Source: a virus
Taxonomy: Duplodnaviria; Caudoviricetes
Strand: one strand, 5' to 3'
DNA: 64,000 nt
IMG/VR virus record: IMGVR_UViG_3300010355_000898
Coordinates: 128,001 to 192,000 of that record
A program made the translations under genes and the position numbers. The notes under the pieces were generated by a model. The model saw only the letters and a program-made list of their open reading frames with translations. It did not search any database and had not been told where the DNA came from. Shown piece after piece: positions 9,344 through 19,008 of the stretch (position 1 is its first letter; every line of letters starts with the position of its first letter).

Positions 9344-9502
9344 ATGATGACACTTGAGATATACAGTACGGGGGAATATAAGTTCCGGGACGATGTCGAG
9401 TGTTTTCATCGACTCAATGGCCCAGCAATACTGTATGAATGGGGAGCTAGATATTGGATACATGGTGTTCAGTACACTGAGGAAGAGTACTGGAAACGGT
9501 GA
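9344..9502 (+). CDS. 52-aa HRxxGPA-motif protein
   Basis: MMTLEIYSTGEYKF...FHRLNGPAIL...YWIHG; not in ORF track. Confidence 0.7.
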   Translation: MMTLEIYSTGEYKFRDDVECFHRLNGPAILYEWGARYWIHGVQYTEEEYWKR

Positions 9503-9539
9503 AATCTCTCTGAGTTCCTGTTAGAATTGATTCAAGAGG
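9499..9539 (+). promoter_or_regulatory. promoter+SD cassette; near-identical copy at 9919-9959
   Basis: gtgaaatctctctgagttcctg(tt/ac)agaattgattcaagagg; related copies at 10298, 10787, 11137. Confidence 0.85.
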
Positions 9540-9547
9540 ATTGAAGT

Positions 9548-9853
9548 ATGAAACCTGAACAGGTGATATTACAAATCTATTCGTGTGGATCATTTTCATT
9601 TCTTTTTGAGAAAGATTACACTACGCTTCATTCTCCGCTTCAATCTTCCCCTCGAGGAGCTCCAAGGGTGAATAAACGTCCTGATGCAGTAAGGGTTCGA
9701 ACTGATCCAAGACCATATCTCGATTTGTTTTGGCATGATAAGTATGGAAAGCCAATTGCCGCAATGAATACGTACAATTACGTAAAATGTTACTTTAAAC
9801 GTAATGGCGGCCACAAAAGTATGGAAACACTCCCACCTGGGAACTATGTTTAA
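9548..9853 (+). CDS. hypothetical protein
   Basis: follows promoter cassette; GAGG SD. Confidence 0.7.
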   Translation: MKPEQVILQIYSCGSFSFLFEKDYTTLHSPLQSSPRGAPRVNKRPDAVRVRTDPRPYLDLFWHDKYGKPIAAMNTYNYVKCYFKRNGGHKSMETLPPGNYV

Positions 9854-9962
9854 GTGTTCCATCATTGTGTGGTGCAATATTGTCAATGACAGCATCAACA
9901 TGTTCCCTTCATTGAAGGGTGAAATCTCTCTGAGTTCCTGACAGAATTGATTCAAGAGGTTG

Positions 9963-10193
9963 ATGAATATGGCCCGTGATTACAACATTGGTGATCTGGT
10001 GTTGATTGTGAAGGGCGCCCGGAAGCACAATGGAACCATTGGCAGGATTGTCCATTTTGGTGCAGGAACTGGGTGTTTCATTGCACCGGAACCCACTGGG
10101 TCAGAAACCCAGCCAGATTTCATCTTTGCGCACCTTCACCATTTGAGGCATTGCAGCGCTGAGCATATGTGTTTGTGCAATGAAACTGATTAA
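9963..10193 (+). CDS. small KOW-motif protein
   Basis: YNIGDLVLIVKGARKHNGTIGRIV. Confidence 0.7.
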   Translation: MNMARDYNIGDLVLIVKGARKHNGTIGRIVHFGAGTGCFIAPEPTGSETQPDFIFAHLHHLRHCSAEHMCLCNETD

Positions 10194-10506
10194 ACTGATC
10201 CTGTTCAGTGATGGGCACAGAAAATTCAAAACAGCACAGTGAACATGTTGTCAAAACCACTCGTAAACATAGAATTCGTTCTGGCTTCAAACGCTGAGTG
10301 AACAGTCCAAGAGTTCCTGTTAGAATGGTTCAAGAGGTTGGAAAGACATGGCTAGACATGGCTACTGTTGAATTCATCACTGTTTACGAAGTTCATGACA
10401 CTGACGGCGGAGGGATGGGTGTAAAGCTCACAAAGAGACGGTACAAAAAGTGCGTAAGAGAATGGCTCAAGGGTGAAATGAAGGCTACGGCAGATCGGAT
10501 GCATCG

Positions 10507-10731
10507 ATGATCGATCCAGAAACAAAGAAACGAATGTCACTCTTGATTAAAGGCGGAGAATGTTTCTGGAAGATAAAGATTGGTAAAACTCAATCAACTA
10601 CTATCTTAACAAGACGTCGGATATTGTATCACGCCCAAGTATATTGGGCTTGGGGACCTCTTCCAGAAAGTTTCTCCAGCGCTGTAAGTGATGAGCAATA
10701 TTGCACTGATTTACAGCTAATACCTGGGTGA
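10507..10731 (+). CDS. hypothetical protein
   Basis: coupled to upstream small ORF 10358..10510. Confidence 0.55.
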   Translation: MIDPETKKRMSLLIKGGECFWKIKIGKTQSTTILTRRRILYHAQVYWAWGPLPESFSSAVSDEQYCTDLQLIPG

Positions 10732-10837
10732 CAATTTCACCACCTCCGGGCCCCTCGAGACCCTCAAAATAATTTTTGTGACATGAGTGAATAGTCCCAC
10801 AGCACCAGGTAGAATGGTTCAGGAGGCTGAGGAAAGA

Positions 10838-11119
10838 ATGCATCGATTACTAATTGAACAGGTGACTGCACAATATCCAGATGCGATAGATTATCTTCTT
10901 GATGCAAAGAAGGATCTTGAAGAAGCCGATGGTTTGCCCCAACGTCCCGATTGTGAGCTACTTGTCAGTATTGACAATGAAAACGTCTTCTACTTCGAAG
11001 ACGGCGCACTCAGAAGTCAGTTTAACATGGATGGTGCAATGACCATTGCAACGTGGTTCCCTGCGTCGAAAAAGGGCAGGAGACCTGGTTATTGGGAGGT
11101 TAATGTTTCTGAGTACTGA
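10838..11119 (+). CDS. hypothetical protein
   Basis: promoter at 10787; GAGG SD. Confidence 0.7.
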   Translation: MHRLLIEQVTAQYPDAIDYLLDAKKDLEEADGLPQRPDCELLVSIDNENVFYFEDGALRSQFNMDGAMTIATWFPASKKGRRPGYWEVNVSEY

Positions 11120-11186
11120 ACGTACTGAACTGAACTGTGAATAGTCTCCCAAATCCTGTTAAGATCAGATCAGAGGTTGAGGAGAC

Positions 11187-11474
11187 ATGGCAAAGAAGAT
11201 TGAGAAAAAAGATATGGAGAAAAAAGATATGGAGAAAAAAGATATGTTTGATATCATGAACGTTACCGATGTCGTTAACCAAATTGATGTTGACGATTTG
11301 GTCGCTAATCAGGATGACATTGTCGCTGCGGCAAGAAATATTGTCCAATCTTGTGAAGAGTTGCGAGGATTGTCGCGTCGACTTGACAAGATCCTTAATG
11401 AGGTTGGTCAGTATTTCGATGCCTTCGCTGAGGATGTCAATAACCGCGATGAGAATGGTGAGTGGCAGGGATAG
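11187..11474 (+). CDS. acidic protein with EKKDM tandem repeat
   Basis: promoter at 11137; GAGGAG SD; 3x15-bp repeat 11202-11246. Confidence 0.75.
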   Translation: MAKKIEKKDMEKKDMEKKDMFDIMNVTDVVNQIDVDDLVANQDDIVAAARNIVQSCEELRGLSRRLDKILNEVGQYFDAFAEDVNNRDENGEWQG

Positions 11475-11743
11475 GTAACAATCACCAACGGTGAACAGAG
11501 AGTGTGAGGGGTCCTTCAGACCCCTCTTCCTGTTTGTGGTGTGGGGAACAGAGGCCGGTGGTTTTGGTGTATTCTTGATGGCCTCAAGGGCCCCGAAAAT
11601 GGCCCCATTTTGACCCCATTGCCCCGGGGTAGTTTGGCAACCTTTGTGGGGCTGTTCGGGCGGTGTAAGTGCGCTATACCCACACACAAAACGCGAGATT
11701 TTTTCACGTCCAATTCAGTTTGACCCAGCGATCAAACCCGATG

Positions 11744-11858
11744 ACAGACACACTGACTTTATACAGACACACTGACTTTATTTGGGTAAGCTGAAACCGA
11801 ACATATTGATCCGCTGACACACTGACTCTGTTTGGGACACGCTGACTTTGCTGACTTT
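11744..11858 (+). repeat. iteron-like GACAC(A/G)CTGACT(T/C)T repeats
   Basis: 19-bp tandem pair 11744-11781 plus copies at 11816, 11836 and partial 11850. Confidence 0.85.
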
Positions 11859-12408
11859 ACAGGATAAACAGACACATTCCTGCACATGTGTGATCTCCAG
11901 ACCACTGTCTGTTCCAAAAAACGCGCGAGAATTTTTTTCATGCCGAACACTGAACAGTGCACGTGAGGACAGGAGAGAGAATGTTGTCACAGGTTGGGTG
12001 CAATTGCACAGCGGATGTTGTATGATCTGATCAGTGGTTGATGGATCATGATCAGTGCTGAGAGATTGCGCAGTCTTGTGGCAAAATGTTTGCCGGAGTT
12101 CTCTGACAACAGAGCGCCCACGCCTGCCGTTGCATTAATGCTGGAGGTTCATGTGTTCAAACCTGTTCTCATGATCAGGTTGTGGACGTGCCCCCAATGT
12201 TGAGTGGGTATTGAGGGGAAGAGTTGATGATCAGTCCTGAGAGATTTCATAAACTGTTCATGAAATGTTGGCCGGCATGCAATGTTACGCATGAAGATAT
12301 CTGTCTATTCATGCAGACATCACACGATCCTGTTTTGTGCATATCTCTGCAAAATGACAAATTTTCAGCCTGGGTTGTGATCCATCCCAAGACAGTGTTG
12401 GGTGCACA

Positions 12409-12684
12409 GTGACTCGGGTGGGTGCAGTGTTCAGATTGATGTTGCGGATATCAAGATCTGGCGCGGCGGACTGTGCCATACTGAGTAACACTTCAACAGG
12501 TTGGTTTGTGCTGTTCAGTATTACAAGAATAGGAATGTGCAAAATCTGGACACAATTTACCATATCACCAGAGAACGCTGATGTTGTTGAAATGTTTCCA
12601 GTCAGCCGGGATGCAGTGTTCACAGATTGCACAGCAATGTTGCAAAGGATTCGTATGATCAATTGTGTGCAAAGATTGCAATAG
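12409..12684 (+). CDS. paralogue-array protein
   Basis: LRISRSGAADC...QRIRMINCVQRLQ. Confidence 0.6.
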   Translation: MTRVGAVFRLMLRISRSGAADCAILSNTSTGWFVLFSITRIGMCKIWTQFTISPENADVVEMFPVSRDAVFTDCTAMLQRIRMINCVQRLQ

Positions 12685-12703
12685 TGTAATAGGATCAGAC
12701 TGT

Positions 12704-13024
12704 ATGAATCAAATTGTGGAACCTGAAGACATGCTCATCAGTGCTCAATGGTGTTGGAGGGAAAGGCTGACTGTGATGATTGATTGTGAATTGACATTTG
12801 TTGTGTTCAGAGACCATAAACATTTTGAAGTGCAGGATCAGACTGTGTACATGTTCATTGTGGGACGTGAGTATGAAAGATGCATTGCGTGTGGTTGGGA
12901 GACATCAAATGGTGAGCTTGTGTGGACGCGGCTCGCGAGGGCGATGCTCAACTCTGTGGACATCATTGGGCTCAATGAAGTGAAGAGAACAGTCGCCGCA
13001 GTTAAACATCAGAAAGTTGACTGA
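12704..13024 (+). CDS. hypothetical protein
   Basis: promoter GTGCAA(12667)-N17-TAGGAT. Confidence 0.6.
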   Translation: MNQIVEPEDMLISAQWCWRERLTVMIDCELTFVVFRDHKHFEVQDQTVYMFIVGREYERCIACGWETSNGELVWTRLARAMLNSVDIIGLNEVKRTVAAVKHQKVD

Positions 13025-13307
13025 GCAGGATATGATCAGAACACATATGACAATCTGGGATAGTGGTGTTGCCATGGCGTACATATCATCACAATGGAGA
13101 GCACAATTGCCAAATAAACCTGCTTCTGTGCACATTTGTGGTGTTGATTGTCAGAATAGATTCATGATCATCTCAAGATGCGTAGCAGGTCCATTGCGAA
13201 GTCGGAGAGCTTGGATCACCGTTGACAGAGATCGTGCAATTGCGCATCTCAGGAGAGTGCAAAGGTTGACACAACACATGAATGGGATTTTGGTTGGAAC
13301 ATGTTGA
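13017..13307 (+). CDS. paralogue-array protein
   Basis: MTIWDSG...RRVQRLTQHMN. Confidence 0.65.
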   Translation: MTEQDMIRTHMTIWDSGVAMAYISSQWRAQLPNKPASVHICGVDCQNRFMIISRCVAGPLRSRRAWITVDRDRAIAHLRRVQRLTQHMNGILVGTC

Positions 13308-13630
13308 ACGTTGTATTGCGGCTGTATGATGATTTGGGTGGCCACTATCTGAAATGGGAATTCATCATTGTCAACAATGAACAAGAGCGATTGCCTGCAG
13401 AGTTGTTGGATCCAATACAACATCCCAATTGGTTACGATTGGGAGGTTTACGAGACAAAGATTGTGTTGAGGACCGGTTTGAATACTTCAAATCAGCTCA
13501 TATCAATTTTGTGCGTGGCAGGCCCAGAACACAGAGCATCAGCAAAACAGAATTCAAGAGATTATTTATCAGAGCAAAGAGTCACGCAGCGCACATCAAC
13601 AGGCTAATGGTGATGAACTGTGCAGAATGA
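13301..13630 (+). CDS. paralogue-array protein
   Basis: LRLYDDLGG...RAKSHAAHIN. Confidence 0.65.
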   Translation: MLNVVLRLYDDLGGHYLKWEFIIVNNEQERLPAELLDPIQHPNWLRLGGLRDKDCVEDRFEYFKSAHINFVRGRPRTQSISKTEFKRLFIRAKSHAAHINRLMVMNCAE

Positions 13631-13958
13631 TGATGCAGTTGTGAAAAGGAATGCAATCATGTTGCAACTTGAACTGTCAGTGTACAATTGTGGTTACAGT
13701 TGTCTTGTTCTGTTGTCAGACGCAAAGCCAAATTTTGAGACTGTCATTGTTCAGAGCACATTTGGATCTGTTCTCATTCCACCCAAATTGCAGACTGAAT
13801 TGTACATTCAGGGATACACATTGAGTGCCAATGACAGACGCTCAACCCCGCTCGCCCCGGCCAACATGTTGTCTGTTCACAAACGCATTGCGAGAGTCAA
13901 GAAACTTATAAACTTTATGAACAGAGCATTCAGGAATTGTGAAGGTGAACAGTGTTGA
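13620..13958 (+). CDS. paralogue-array protein
   Basis: LSVYNCG...RVKKLINFMN. Confidence 0.65.
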   Translation: MQNDDAVVKRNAIMLQLELSVYNCGYSCLVLLSDAKPNFETVIVQSTFGSVLIPPKLQTELYIQGYTLSANDRRSTPLAPANMLSVHKRIARVKKLINFMNRAFRNCEGEQC

Positions 13959-14269
13959 GTCTACATTTGTCAATCTATTGGATGGGTGGCTCTGAATTCT
14001 GCGTTGATGACAGCAATATTGCAGACATTGACTACAGAAAACATTGGTTCATGTACATCTATACTCCGGCGGAGATATATGACTATGAAACAGGTCAATA
14101 TATGGAAACTGTTAAGAAAACTTTCATTCAGATTAGATTTCATCAAAAACAATCCCCAATCAAAAAGCACAATGGAATTGTTTTTGACAGCTCCAGTAGG
14201 TTGTTCTTGCAAAAGAGACTCAACAGATTGCGCAGACTGATTGCCGTGCTGAATGGAGAAACATTGTGA
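13952..14269 (+). CDS. paralogue-array protein
   Basis: LSIYWMGG...RLRRLIAVLN. Confidence 0.65.
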   Translation: MLSLHLSIYWMGGSEFCVDDSNIADIDYRKHWFMYIYTPAEIYDYETGQYMETVKKTFIQIRFHQKQSPIKKHNGIVFDSSSRLFLQKRLNRLRRLIAVLNGETL

Positions 14270-14619
14270 CAACCAAACCAAAACTTGTTCTCAGACTGTT
14301 TAGAGCACATGCTGGATATCGTGTAGATCCTCAATTTGTTCTGAGATGTGATGTTGGTAATGATGCAGTGGCAGTCTATGTCTGCACAATGCATCTGTAC
14401 TCTGACCGGTCTGGCTTGCAAGTGGTTGAATTGTATGAAGGCAGTGAATTCTGTCTTGATCGTGAATCGGTTCATCAGTTCATCCTCGGCATGAGGATGA
14501 AATGTTCTGAGACAAAGTTTTTTGGGTTTGATCTGAACTTTCAATTTCTCAAAGAAATGATCCACAGTGATCTGAAAGAATTGAGACGTGTATTGTCAGA
14601 GAAATGGTTGAGGATGTGA
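14266..14619 (+). CDS. hypothetical array protein
   Basis: GTGA overlap; GGAG SD. Confidence 0.6.
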   Translation: MTTKPKLVLRLFRAHAGYRVDPQFVLRCDVGNDAVAVYVCTMHLYSDRSGLQVVELYEGSEFCLDRESVHQFILGMRMKCSETKFFGFDLNFQFLKEMIHSDLKELRRVLSEKWLRM

Positions 14620-14631
14620 TTGTGAGTTGAC

Positions 14632-14946
14632 ATGCATATGCAAGCTCAATTGAGAATATTTTGTTATGAAAAATTGCAAATGTGTGGAGTACGCACAATT
14701 GTCACTGATCTTGAGATCAGCGGATCAGCAGAACACAGTGAACAGTTGGAGATTGAACACACTGCAATAGTCAACCAATCTTGTGTGCTCACTGAACACA
14801 TAGTTGATGTGTTTAGACATGATTATAATGGAAATTTGTTGTTGAAATTTTCAGCACATTGTCACAGTGAAGAGCATGCTGTCAGGTTGATCAACAGAGC
14901 ATGCAGGATGGTAAAGTTCATCAATAGTGTGCAAAGATTGCAATGA
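14632..14946 (+). CDS. paralogue-array protein
   Basis: RACRMVKFINSVQRLQ. Confidence 0.65.
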   Translation: MHMQAQLRIFCYEKLQMCGVRTIVTDLEISGSAEHSEQLEIEHTAIVNQSCVLTEHIVDVFRHDYNGNLLLKFSAHCHSEEHAVRLINRACRMVKFINSVQRLQ

Positions 14947-14963
14947 AAATGGTAGTGTGTTGA

Positions 14964-15299
14964 ATGTGTGTTCATGAATTCACAATGCAAATTTTTGATG
15001 CAGAACAATTCAAAGGTAAAGATGCAAGATTTTCTATGTCAATTGTGCAAACAGAACATCCAAATTTTGGAAAATTGTGTGTATTCATTGGTTTTGTTGA
15101 CAATGATCAGTGGTGTATTGAATTATCAACAGGCACTGTGAAAATTTTGAACAGACAAGAATTGCACCAGCTGATTGGTGAATGCAATAAATTCATCACA
15201 TTATGTTGTCCAGATAATTTGATACTTTCAATCAAATGTTGGAATACATTGAAAGAAATTGAAAAAATCTTTGCAAAATATGGAAATTGTCAATGCTAA
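14964..15299 (+). CDS. hypothetical array protein
   Basis: same size and orientation as neighbours. Confidence 0.6.
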   Translation: MCVHEFTMQIFDAEQFKGKDARFSMSIVQTEHPNFGKLCVFIGFVDNDQWCIELSTGTVKILNRQELHQLIGECNKFITLCCPDNLILSIKCWNTLKEIEKIFAKYGNCQC

Positions 15300-15550
15300 A
15301 ATGTATGATATTCCTGTACCAAGATGGCATTAGTGAACTCTGTGTTGGTGATAAAAGGTATGAACCATCAGTTGGCTGGGGTCGGGCGCTCTGGTATGTG
15401 ATGTTTTTTGAGAAACGTATTCAGCTCAGAAAACGCAATCATCCACATGATCATATTGAATTCACAAATTGTGCACAATCATTGCAATTCATCCACAAAA
15501 AGCGGGTAAGAATTGTGAGACTTGTCGCTACAATCAATGGCATATCATGA
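15293..15550 (+). CDS. paralogue-array protein
   Basis: IFLYQDG...RVRIVRLVATIN. Confidence 0.65.
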   Translation: MLKCMIFLYQDGISELCVGDKRYEPSVGWGRALWYVMFFEKRIQLRKRNHPHDHIEFTNCAQSLQFIHKKRVRIVRLVATINGIS

Positions 15551-15828
15551 AATGGGAACAATTTGTGAAAATTGGTTTGCGATTATTCAATCAGTGTGTC
15601 ATGACACACTTCATAATTGAAGAATTTCCAGATGTTCCCAATACACATATACGCATATATCCACGGCAAAAAGAAATGTATAGTGCCACAGATTGTCAAT
15701 GTTCAGTCTATGAACACAGGCAAATTGGACATATTGAATATTGTTATCCCATGAAACATAGCGGTACAATTTCAGAGTGTTTAAACAAATACAGAGAATT
15801 GATGAAAAGGTTCAGCGTTCAACAGTAA
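15547..15828 (+). CDS. hypothetical array protein
   Basis: ATGA coupling. Confidence 0.6.
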   Translation: MKWEQFVKIGLRLFNQCVMTHFIIEEFPDVPNTHIRIYPRQKEMYSATDCQCSVYEHRQIGHIEYCYPMKHSGTISECLNKYRELMKRFSVQQ

Positions 15829-15846
15829 AACTGTGTAGGTTTACAG

Positions 15847-16143
15847 ATGATCTTGATGACAGTATTCAAAAAGGGTGATACGACACTTACATTCATACTT
15901 CCACATGAAGATGAACAATACTATGATGATTTGATCAATGATAATTGTATATCTGTGAATGCGATGCATTATTCATTTGCTGGGTGCAAGGTGAGTGATA
16001 TGGTCACAAATGATCCACTGAACATTTTTGAAAAGTTTGTATCTGAAACTGGTGAATGGATACCTACGAAAATGGGTGAGTTGAGATCAACAATGACAAT
16101 TTGGCGTGCAATTGATATTGGCACAAAACATATGGAAGGTTGA
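15847..16143 (+). CDS. paralogue-array protein
   Basis: MTVFKKG; resembles 17486..17758 (EKF..GEW versus KRYFGGEW). Confidence 0.6.
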   Translation: MILMTVFKKGDTTLTFILPHEDEQYYDDLINDNCISVNAMHYSFAGCKVSDMVTNDPLNIFEKFVSETGEWIPTKMGELRSTMTIWRAIDIGTKHMEG

Positions 16144-16150
16144 TTGTGTG

Positions 16151-16408
16151 ATGGTGATGATTGTCAACAGCATTGTGAGGAACATAACTGAAAATAGGTG
16201 GATGTATGTCAGTAAAGGTGGTACTGTTCAGTTCAGATTTGAATTGAATACTGGGGATGAAATCAATTTTGTGAGAGACAATCGTTACACAAATATCATT
16301 TCCAGGTTTGGTAATTTTAACTCAACGCCAATGACAATCAATGAATTTCATCGTTGGTTCACATACATGAATGGACACAAAGATTTGCAGGTTTGTGATG
16401 ATCATTAG
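16151..16408 (+). CDS. hypothetical array protein
   Basis: MYVSKGG...INEFHRW. Confidence 0.55.
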   Translation: MVMIVNSIVRNITENRWMYVSKGGTVQFRFELNTGDEINFVRDNRYTNIISRFGNFNSTPMTINEFHRWFTYMNGHKDLQVCDDH

Positions 16409-16634
16409 AAATTTGAGCAGTATAAAAATTCCAAGAACAGGATTGCATGTTGTCTGTTTCCCCTCAGACAATGAGCAATCCACACTTTTTGTAAAAAATG
16501 CAAATGGTGATGACAATTTTACTGTGATAATTCAAACACCATGTTCACTTCAGCTCGCCGGCGTGTGTTCAATTGACAATTTGCACAGATGGGTTGATGA
16601 AAATGGTTGTATGAAGGCAATTGCAAGATCATGA
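16398..16634 (+). CDS. hypothetical array protein
   Basis: IDNLHRW, like the upstream gene. Confidence 0.55.
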   Translation: MIIRNLSSIKIPRTGLHVVCFPSDNEQSTLFVKNANGDDNFTVIIQTPCSLQLAGVCSIDNLHRWVDENGCMKAIARS

Positions 16635-16868
16635 TTATGCAAGATCATAATTGCATTTTTCAGTGTTCACAATATGGAACACACAAATTTATTTTTCAAC
16701 GTTGTGGTTTTTGGCATCATATCACAAGAAGATTTTGTAGCCAAAATTGGGTCATCAATGTCAACAAAAATTTTCAATCAGTGCAAAAATTTGCAGTGTT
16801 CACTGGGCATGATTTGCACACAGTGTTGCATCTGTTGAGAACTGATCAGTTCAATATTGATATTCAGT

Positions 16869-17345
16869 TCACACCAAATTCAACAGTGCCTCAATGCTGT
16901 AGATGGCCGTAATCCCATTGACAGGTCTTCTGTTAATACGCACATTGATGTGATCAGGATATCCTCCATTGTGTGGACCCTGGTTTCCATCAACAGATGT
17001 GACAATATCACCAACCTGTTCAACAAAGATTGCATGATGTTGATATGGCGCATCAATGTACACAATGTCACCTGGAAGTGGATGGGCAGTCTGTTTGAGA
17101 CCCAATGGCCCAATGAAGCCCTTTCCAAATTTCCAATATGCATCCTTTGCCAATCCTGACTGTTTCAGTACAGACAGACAGAATGCACCACACCAACTCA
17201 ATTTTGCATCAGTGGCTGCCCTTGCCTCAGCATCAGTTGGAAGAACAGTGCACCAAAATTGGTATGGATCTCTGCTACCTTCTGATTCTGCAGCAATCCT
17301 GACAATCTGATCTCTGATATCAATGTTCAACTTTTGATCACCCAT
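16869..17345 (-). CDS. CHAP/NlpC-P60-like peptidoglycan hydrolase
   Basis: WCGAF Cys, PGDIV, HHAIF His, VDGNQG; ATATGTA-N5-ATG late-type motif. Confidence 0.85.
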   Translation of the reverse strand: MGDQKLNIDIRDQIVRIAAESEGSRDPYQFWCTVLPTDAEARAATDAKLSWCGAFCLSVLKQSGLAKDAYWKFGKGFIGPLGLKQTAHPLPGDIVYIDAPYQHHAIFVEQVGDIVTSVDGNQGPHNGGYPDHINVRINRRPVNGITAIYSIEALLNLV

Positions 17346-17485
17346 GATTATACATATTGTCACCAGATCACTGCAGGATTTCTGCACACAAACTTTGCTG
17401 TGGAAACTGCATCAATATGATGAAAACTTTTTCTGCAATCACAGAGAGTGTGCAATGTATACACATTGTGTTATATTGTTAACAT

Positions 17486-17758
17486 ATGATCTGTTTTAGT
17501 GTTCATTGTGACGGTATGGTGATGTTTGAATTTATTGCACCAATTGATGACAGTGCATACTGTGAACATTTAAACGTCCCCGCGAGCAGATCAGACAGAG
17601 GTTGGTATACGGCAAAAGTTGATGCGTTTTCTTATTCAGGAAGCAATCACAATCCAAGAATTTGGAAACGATATTTTGGGGGTGAATGGCATATAGCTGA
17701 TTGGAACAGAACAGGACAGATGTTGAAATCATGGAGAAAAATTTGTGCACAAAATTGA
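17486..17758 (+). CDS. paralogue-array protein, leaderless
   Basis: GTGCAA(17450)-N18-TATTGT-N6-ATG. Confidence 0.65.
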   Translation: MICFSVHCDGMVMFEFIAPIDDSAYCEHLNVPASRSDRGWYTAKVDAFSYSGSNHNPRIWKRYFGGEWHIADWNRTGQMLKSWRKICAQN

Positions 17759-17948
17759 TAAAGTGTGCATATACATATCAGGTCTGATTGCAGTGCATAC
17801 TGCGATGTGTGAACACATTTTTGCGTTGTCTGGATGTGAGGATCATTGGGTTAGGTATGATAATTTTGTATGCATAAATTTTCACAATCTGTTCAGTGAA
17901 CCAATTGATGACATGTTCAATATCAAGTTTGATCTGTGATTAACTGTT

Positions 17949-18242
17949 ATGAAAAAGTTATTGATTCAAGATTACCGCAGTTGTTTTGTGTTCAATTTCA
18001 GTTGTGGATGTGAATACAGATTTGGTGTGAGCTCAATTGTGCACCAATTTGGATTTGACAGAAGCTGTGAAGATTGTGAACATTGCAGGAAGATATTCAG
18101 TGATATCATTGCACAATTGATCCCATCTTCAAAAAACGTTAAACATCTTGAGCCCAAAACAGACTATGTGAATGTTGAAATCAGTTCATTCAGAAGGATG
18201 TTGCACGTTTGTAATCGTTATGAGGAGTCAGAACAGTGTTGA
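17949..18242 (+). CDS. Cys-rich hypothetical protein
   Basis: CGC...CEDCEHC. Confidence 0.6.
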   Translation: MKKLLIQDYRSCFVFNFSCGCEYRFGVSSIVHQFGFDRSCEDCEHCRKIFSDIIAQLIPSSKNVKHLEPKTDYVNVEISSFRRMLHVCNRYEESEQC

Positions 18243-18520
18243 AAATTGGTGTTGATATCAATCGTAATGGTGGTGGCAAATTTTATGTCACTCAGATTGG
18301 TTCTAAAACAACACGAATTCTGATGTTCTATGAAAATAGTCATAAACACAGATTTATGTTGTCACATTGCATCATACTGATTAATCATGATGAATCAGCA
18401 ATGATTAATTGTGGTCACAATCGTATTCAAGTTGACTGCAGACGCATCTTGTCATATGACAAGATGCACAAACTGATCATTAGGTTGAAGAGAATTGTCA
18501 AATATGCAAACCAAATGTAG
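18236..18520 (+). CDS. paralogue-array protein
   Basis: VDINRNGG...RLKRIVKYAN; GAGGAG SD. Confidence 0.65.
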   Translation: MLKIGVDINRNGGGKFYVTQIGSKTTRILMFYENSHKHRFMLSHCIILINHDESAMINCGHNRIQVDCRRILSYDKMHKLIIRLKRIVKYANQM

Positions 18521-18788
18521 CAATTACAAGATGATCATCTGGAGAAAAGATCTTGGATGGTATCAATTTATTCAAACAGATGTGAATGGCCTGCATTCAG
18601 ATGGTGCATATGCAGCACTGTTTACACATGGTGATGACATCATGATTGATTTGGGTACATTGGGACAAAAAGTTTACAAAAAGTGTGCGGGAAATCCCAA
18701 CAGAATGAAATCTGTTATGAACATATTCATTGCATCAAAACACAAAATATTTGCATATCACAATGTTAAACATCACAATTTACAATAG
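18504..18788 (+). CDS. hypothetical array protein
   Basis: overlapping ORF in the array; start uncertain. Confidence 0.5.
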   Translation: MQTKCSNYKMIIWRKDLGWYQFIQTDVNGLHSDGAYAALFTHGDDIMIDLGTLGQKVYKKCAGNPNRMKSVMNIFIASKHKIFAYHNVKHHNLQ

Positions 18789-19008
18789 CGGTGTGACAGT
18801 TCTTGTATTCAAGAGCAAAGCTATCTCCTGGGTACGTTTCTTTGAGAATAGGACCAACGGCGGTCGCATCATGTTCAGTGATGGACACTATCATGTTGTT
18901 CCACAATGGTTCATATTTGATACATTGTTGCCCGCATTGCAATCACAACAGCAAACACTTCACATTGAACATATGCTGAATGCACTCATGTACAATTTTC
19001 AGAAATGA
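18763..19008 (+). CDS. paralogue-array protein
   Basis: ITIYNSG. Confidence 0.6.
   Translation: MLNITIYNSGVTVLVFKSKAISWVRFFENRTNGGRIMFSDGHYHVVPQWFIFDTLLPALQSQQQTLHIEHMLNALMYNFQK

Noticed and set aside
9499-11178. Spaced ~40-bp repeats as a CRISPR array
   Set aside because: Spacing is 350-490 bp with genes in between; the repeats are promoter+SD units and no cas genes are visible
11744-11858. Short repeats as a mini-CRISPR
   Set aside because: Tandem or irregular spacing with no uniform spacers
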